A stretch of 30,147 nucleotides of DNA from Myxococcales bacterium (GTDB lineage Bacteria; Myxococcota_A; UBA9042; JABWCM01; BTVJ01). A program made the translations under genes and the position numbers. The stretch is taken from the NCBI GenBank assembly GCA_045863395.1, contig BTVJ01000092.1, positions 1 through 30,147 on the forward strand, read 5' to 3'. Positions 26,542 to 30,147 of the stretch are shown here, in pieces. How positions within the stretch are numbered: the first letter of the stretch is position 1; the number at the start of each line of letters is the position of its first letter. Below the pieces are notes generated by a model. That model was not told the origin of the DNA, did no database searches, and saw only the letters and a program-made list of their open reading frames with translations.

Positions 26542-26570
26542 TTGACAACCGCTCGCGCTGCCACGATAGT
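26542..26570 (+). promoter_or_regulatory. Putative sigma70 promoter for the giant Cys-rich gene
   Basis: TTGACA-17 nt-GATAGT, preceded by an AT-richer tract. Confidence 0.5.
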
Positions 26571-26731
26571 GCCCCCGTATCCTCGACCAGATATGCGAGC
26601 TGGACCCGCCCCTTGGGTTTGTCCGCTTGCGCATCCGAGGACGCGCCGAATGCAAAGCGTGTGGCGAGGCCCATTGCGGGTGCCCGCCGCGATTCGAAGT
26701 GAAGTGCCCCTTTGGGCGGAGGATGTTGGCG

Positions 26732-29700
26732 ATGAGACGATGGTTGGTGGCGGCAACGCTCTGTTGTAGCAGCCTGTGGGTTGCCGGATGTCCAGAGACC
26801 GTGCCATCCGGCACGGCGGACGGTACCTCGGAGACAGACACGCAGGGGAGTGACACGGCGGGTGTCGACGGCACGACGGGCGTGGACATCGGCGGCACGG
26901 ACACGGGCCCCAAGGAGTGCGTGAACAACACGGACTGCGAGGCCAAGTTCACGGATCTCGGTCCGTGTGAGGTGGCCGTCTGCGACACGGCCACCAACAA
27001 GTGCGGCCGGGGCCCAACCAAGAACTTCGTCCCCTGCGACGACGGCGACGCCTGCACGGTCGACACCGTGTGCTTCGATGGCGTCTGCGACGCGTCGAAG
27101 GGCACCACCAAGGACTGCGACGACGGCAACGTGTGCACCGACGATAGCTGCAACTCCGATACGGGGTGCGTGCAGGTCGCCAATACGGCAGCCTGTGACG
27201 ACGGTGACGCCTGCACCGACGACGAGTCGTGCAAGGACGGCAAGTGTGTCGGCACGGGCACGGGCCAGTGCGACGATGGTGACCCCTGCACCGACGACAC
27301 GTGCGACCCGGCGGGTGGCTGCGTCCACACGAACAACACGGCGTCGTGTGACGACGGCAACGCCTGCACGGTCGGTGACGCCTGCGCCGATGGGGCGTGC
27401 GTTGGCGGCGGTGCGCTGGCCTGTGACGACGGCAACCCCTGCACGGATGACTCCTGCGCTCCAGCGACCGGCTGCGTGTACGCCAACAACGCGGCCGCTT
27501 GCGACGACGGGAACTCCTGCACGACGAGCGACGCGTGTCAGGCTGGGAAGTGCGCCGGAACGGGCGCGCTGCCCTGTGACGATGGCAACCCCTGCACGGA
27601 CGACTCCTGCGCGGCGGGCTCCGGCTGCACCTACAGCAACAATGGGGCATCCTGCGACGACGGCGACGCCTGCACGACGGGCGACACCTGCTCCGGCGGC
27701 ACTTGCGTGGGTGGGGCGGGTTCGGCCTGCGACGACGGCGACCCCTGCACCGACGACTTCTGCGACGCGGCGACCGGGTGCAAGTCGACCCCGGCGAGCG
27801 GGGCGGCGTGCAACGACGGAAACGCCTGCACGACCAACGACACATGCAGCGGCGGGACCTGCGTCGGCGGTGCGCCGCTGACCTGCAACGACGGTAACTC
27901 CTGCACCGATGACGGCTGCAACCCGGCGACGGGATGCACGACCACCCCCAATACCGGGAGCCCATGCGACGACGGCAGCGCCTGCACCACGAAGGACACC
28001 TGCGTCTCGGGAGCGTGCAAGGGCACGGAGGCCGTCTCCTGCAACGACAGCAACCCCTGCACGACGGACTCGTGCAACCCGGCGACCGGCTGCGTCTACT
28101 CCAACAACAACGTCCCCTGCGATGACGGCGATCCCTGCACGACGAAGGATGCGTGTCAGGCGGGTGCCTGCGTCGGCGGTCCGGCCACCGTCTGCAACGA
28201 CGGCAACCCCTGCACCGTCGATACATGCGACGCGACGGGCTGCGTCTACACCCCGACCGACGGGGCCTGCAGTGACGGGAACGCCTGCACGACCGGCGAC
28301 ACCTGTGCGGGCGGAACTTGCGCTGGGACCCCGCTGACCTGCGACGACGGCAACGTCTGTACAGCGGACACCTGCAACCCGGCGACCGGCTGCGTGAACG
28401 CCAACATTGCCGGGCCCTGCGACGACGGCAACGTCTGCCCCTGGAGGACAAGTGCGTTGGAGGCCAGTGCGTCGGCTCCGTCGCGCAGGACTGTGACGAC
28501 GGCAACCCCTGCACCGCGGACTCCTGCGACCTGGCGACGGGCTGCGTCAGTGTCCCGAACGAGGGGGGCTCCTGCGACGACGGCGACGCCTGCACACAGG
28601 GCGACACCTGCCAGGCGGGCGAGTGCGTGGGCGGCACCAACGTCTGCCCCTGCACGGTCGACGCAGACTGCAACGACGACGGAAACCTCTGCAACGGGAC
28701 TCCGTACTGCAACCCGACCACCAACACGTGCACGACCAAGCCTGGCTCCGTTGTCGTCTGCCCGACCGCCGGCAACACGGCATGCTCGATCAACACGTGC
28801 GCTCCGGCCACGGGCCTCTGCGGTATGGTCGCCGCACCCGACGGCAAGCTCTGTACGGACGGCAACGCCTGCACGACCAGCGACGGGTGCAGCAGCGGTA
28901 CGTGCGTCGGGAAGGCCGTCGTGTGCGATGACGGCAACCCTTGCACGACCGACTCCTGCAGCCCGACCCTTCCTGGGTGCGTCTTCGCTCCGGCGAACGG
29001 CGCGGCATGCGACGACGGCGACGCCTGCACCTCCGGCGACGTGTGCCAGGGTGGCGCCTGCATGCCTGGCGCCGACATCTGCGGCGACACCTGCGAGTCG
29101 GACGCGACCATCGCCTGCGGTGGTTCGGTGAGCGGCGACCTGGCGGCGGCTCCCAACGATCAGGCCGCTACCTATAGCTGCAGCCCCTACGACTACGCCG
29201 GCGCCGAGATGGTGTACACCTTCACGCCGACCGAGAGCGGCACCGTTACGGTCACCTTGACCAACGAGACCGCGGAGACCGACATCATGGTGCTCGGCGC
29301 GTCGGCCTCCGGGTGCGACCCGGCGACCTGCGTCACCTACGGCTTCTCATCCGCGACCTTCCAGGCACAGGCAGGCATGACCTACTACCTGGTCGTCGAC
29401 GGCTACGCTGGCGCAATCGGCAGCTACACCATCACGGTGGAGTGCGGCGGAACGAGCGATGGACCATGCGTCCCGAGCGCGGCTCCGGGCTGCGGCGGCT
29501 GCGAGTGCGAGGACTGCGTCTGCGCCCTAGACCCCTACTGCTGTTCGGTGAGCTGGGACTCCATCTGCGTGTCGGAGTGCGTCAACGACTGCGGCTACGA
29601 CGGGTGCGGCGGCGGCGCCGCGTGCCCCGGCCAGGGCGGCGACTGCAACTCGGCCAACGGAACGCCGGGCTGCTCGGATATCGCTTGCTGCGAGACGGTC

Positions 29701-30147
29701 TGCGCCGTGGACGGCTACTGCTGCGAGACGGCGTGGGACGACATCTGTGCGGGCGAGGCCGGCGACCTGTGTGGCGCTGCGAACCCCTGCCTCCAGGCGG
29801 GTGTGGCAGCGGAGTGCTGCGAGACGGTGTGCGCGGCGGACCCCTTCTGCTGCACGACCGGCTGGGACCAGACCTGCGTGACTGAGGCAGCCGAGATGTG
29901 CGGCGAGGTCATCCCGTGCATCCAGGCAGGCCAGACCCCTGAGTGCTGCGCGACGATCTGCGCCGTGGACCCGTATTGCTGCACCACGGGCTGGGACAGC
30001 ATCTGCGCCGACGAGGCCGTTCAGATGTGCGGCGCGACGAACCCGTGCCTGGCCGCTGGCCAGACGGCGGAGTGCTGCGCGACGGTGTGCGCGGTGGACC
30101 CGTTCTGCTGCGAGCAGGGCTGGGACAGCATCTGCGCCGACGAGGCC
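26732..30147 (+). CDS. Giant Cys-rich repeat lipoprotein (more than 1130 aa, 3' partial, 1 nt frameshift near 28439)
   Basis: GGAGG RBS and lipobox MRRWLVAATLCCSSLWVAGC. The repeats continue in a new frame from 28441 (LEDKCVGGQC...), which stays open to the window end. Confidence 0.85.
27035..29082 (+). repeat. About 24 coding CDDGN-x-CT repeats (Dictyostelium CTDC-like), alternating A/B units
   Basis: CDDGDACTxxDxCxxGxCxG alternates with CDDGNPCTDDSCxPATGCxxxxN, giving a dimer period of about 51 aa. Confidence 0.85.
29092..29445 (+). other. PPC-like (pre-peptidase C-terminal) beta-sandwich domain within the giant protein
   Basis: YAGAEMVYTFTPTESGTVTVTL...TDIMVL...FQAQAGMTYYLVVDGY.GAIGSYTITVEC. 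Confidence 0.65.
29686..30147 (+). repeat. Coding 129 nt (43 aa) tandem repeat CCxTVCAxDPxCCxxxWDxxC
   Basis: The CC motif starts at 29686, 29815, 29944 and 30073 (exact 129 nt spacing). A degenerate unit lies at about 29506. Confidence 0.85.

Noticed and set aside
26640..26690. c-di-GMP-I riboswitch (GCAAAGC...GCGGGTGCC)
   Set aside because: There is no preceding GGCAAA/GAAA-tetraloop stem, so the match is only partial.
28441..29131. Ala/Thr/Pro/Arg-rich C-terminus of ORF 26627..29131
   Set aside because: It is out-of-frame read-through after the 1 nt frameshift; the Cys repeats continue in another frame.
27035..30147. Periodic DNA repeats as a possible CRISPR array
   Set aside because: The units vary at synonymous positions and preserve the reading frame. 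There are no identical repeats with unique spacers and no cas genes.

Overview
A 30 kb, roughly 70% GC bacterial chromosomal segment. Short-type EF-Ts, the mgtE-recO adjacency, MepA and abundant Cys-rich lipoproteins suggest a Myxococcota or deltaproteobacteria-like organism (inference). The core housekeeping genes are rpsB-tsf-pyrH-frr (with an S2 leader), recO, mgtE and a short RodZ-like gene. They sit among cell-envelope genes: a four-gene ABC-2 exporter (ATPase-permease-ATPase-permease), a NUDT19-type Nudix hydrolase, a secreted metallophosphoesterase, an Ig-like lipoprotein, a complete TPAT (TatT-TatP-DctQ-DctM) transporter, MepA, BtpA and about eight predicted lipoproteins. Two of the lipoproteins are large Cys-rich repeat proteins, and the last is frameshifted near 28439 and runs off the window end. 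I found no mobile element, CRISPR array, tRNA or rRNA. The most unusual item is an enlarged LolC/E-family permease (676 aa) with no adjacent lolD. Its periplasmic domain carries a ~190 aa insertion that looks like one complete plus one split DUF4397-like beta-sandwich repeat, and a second ~60 aa helical insertion. All family calls come from motif recognition by eye; no database searches were run.
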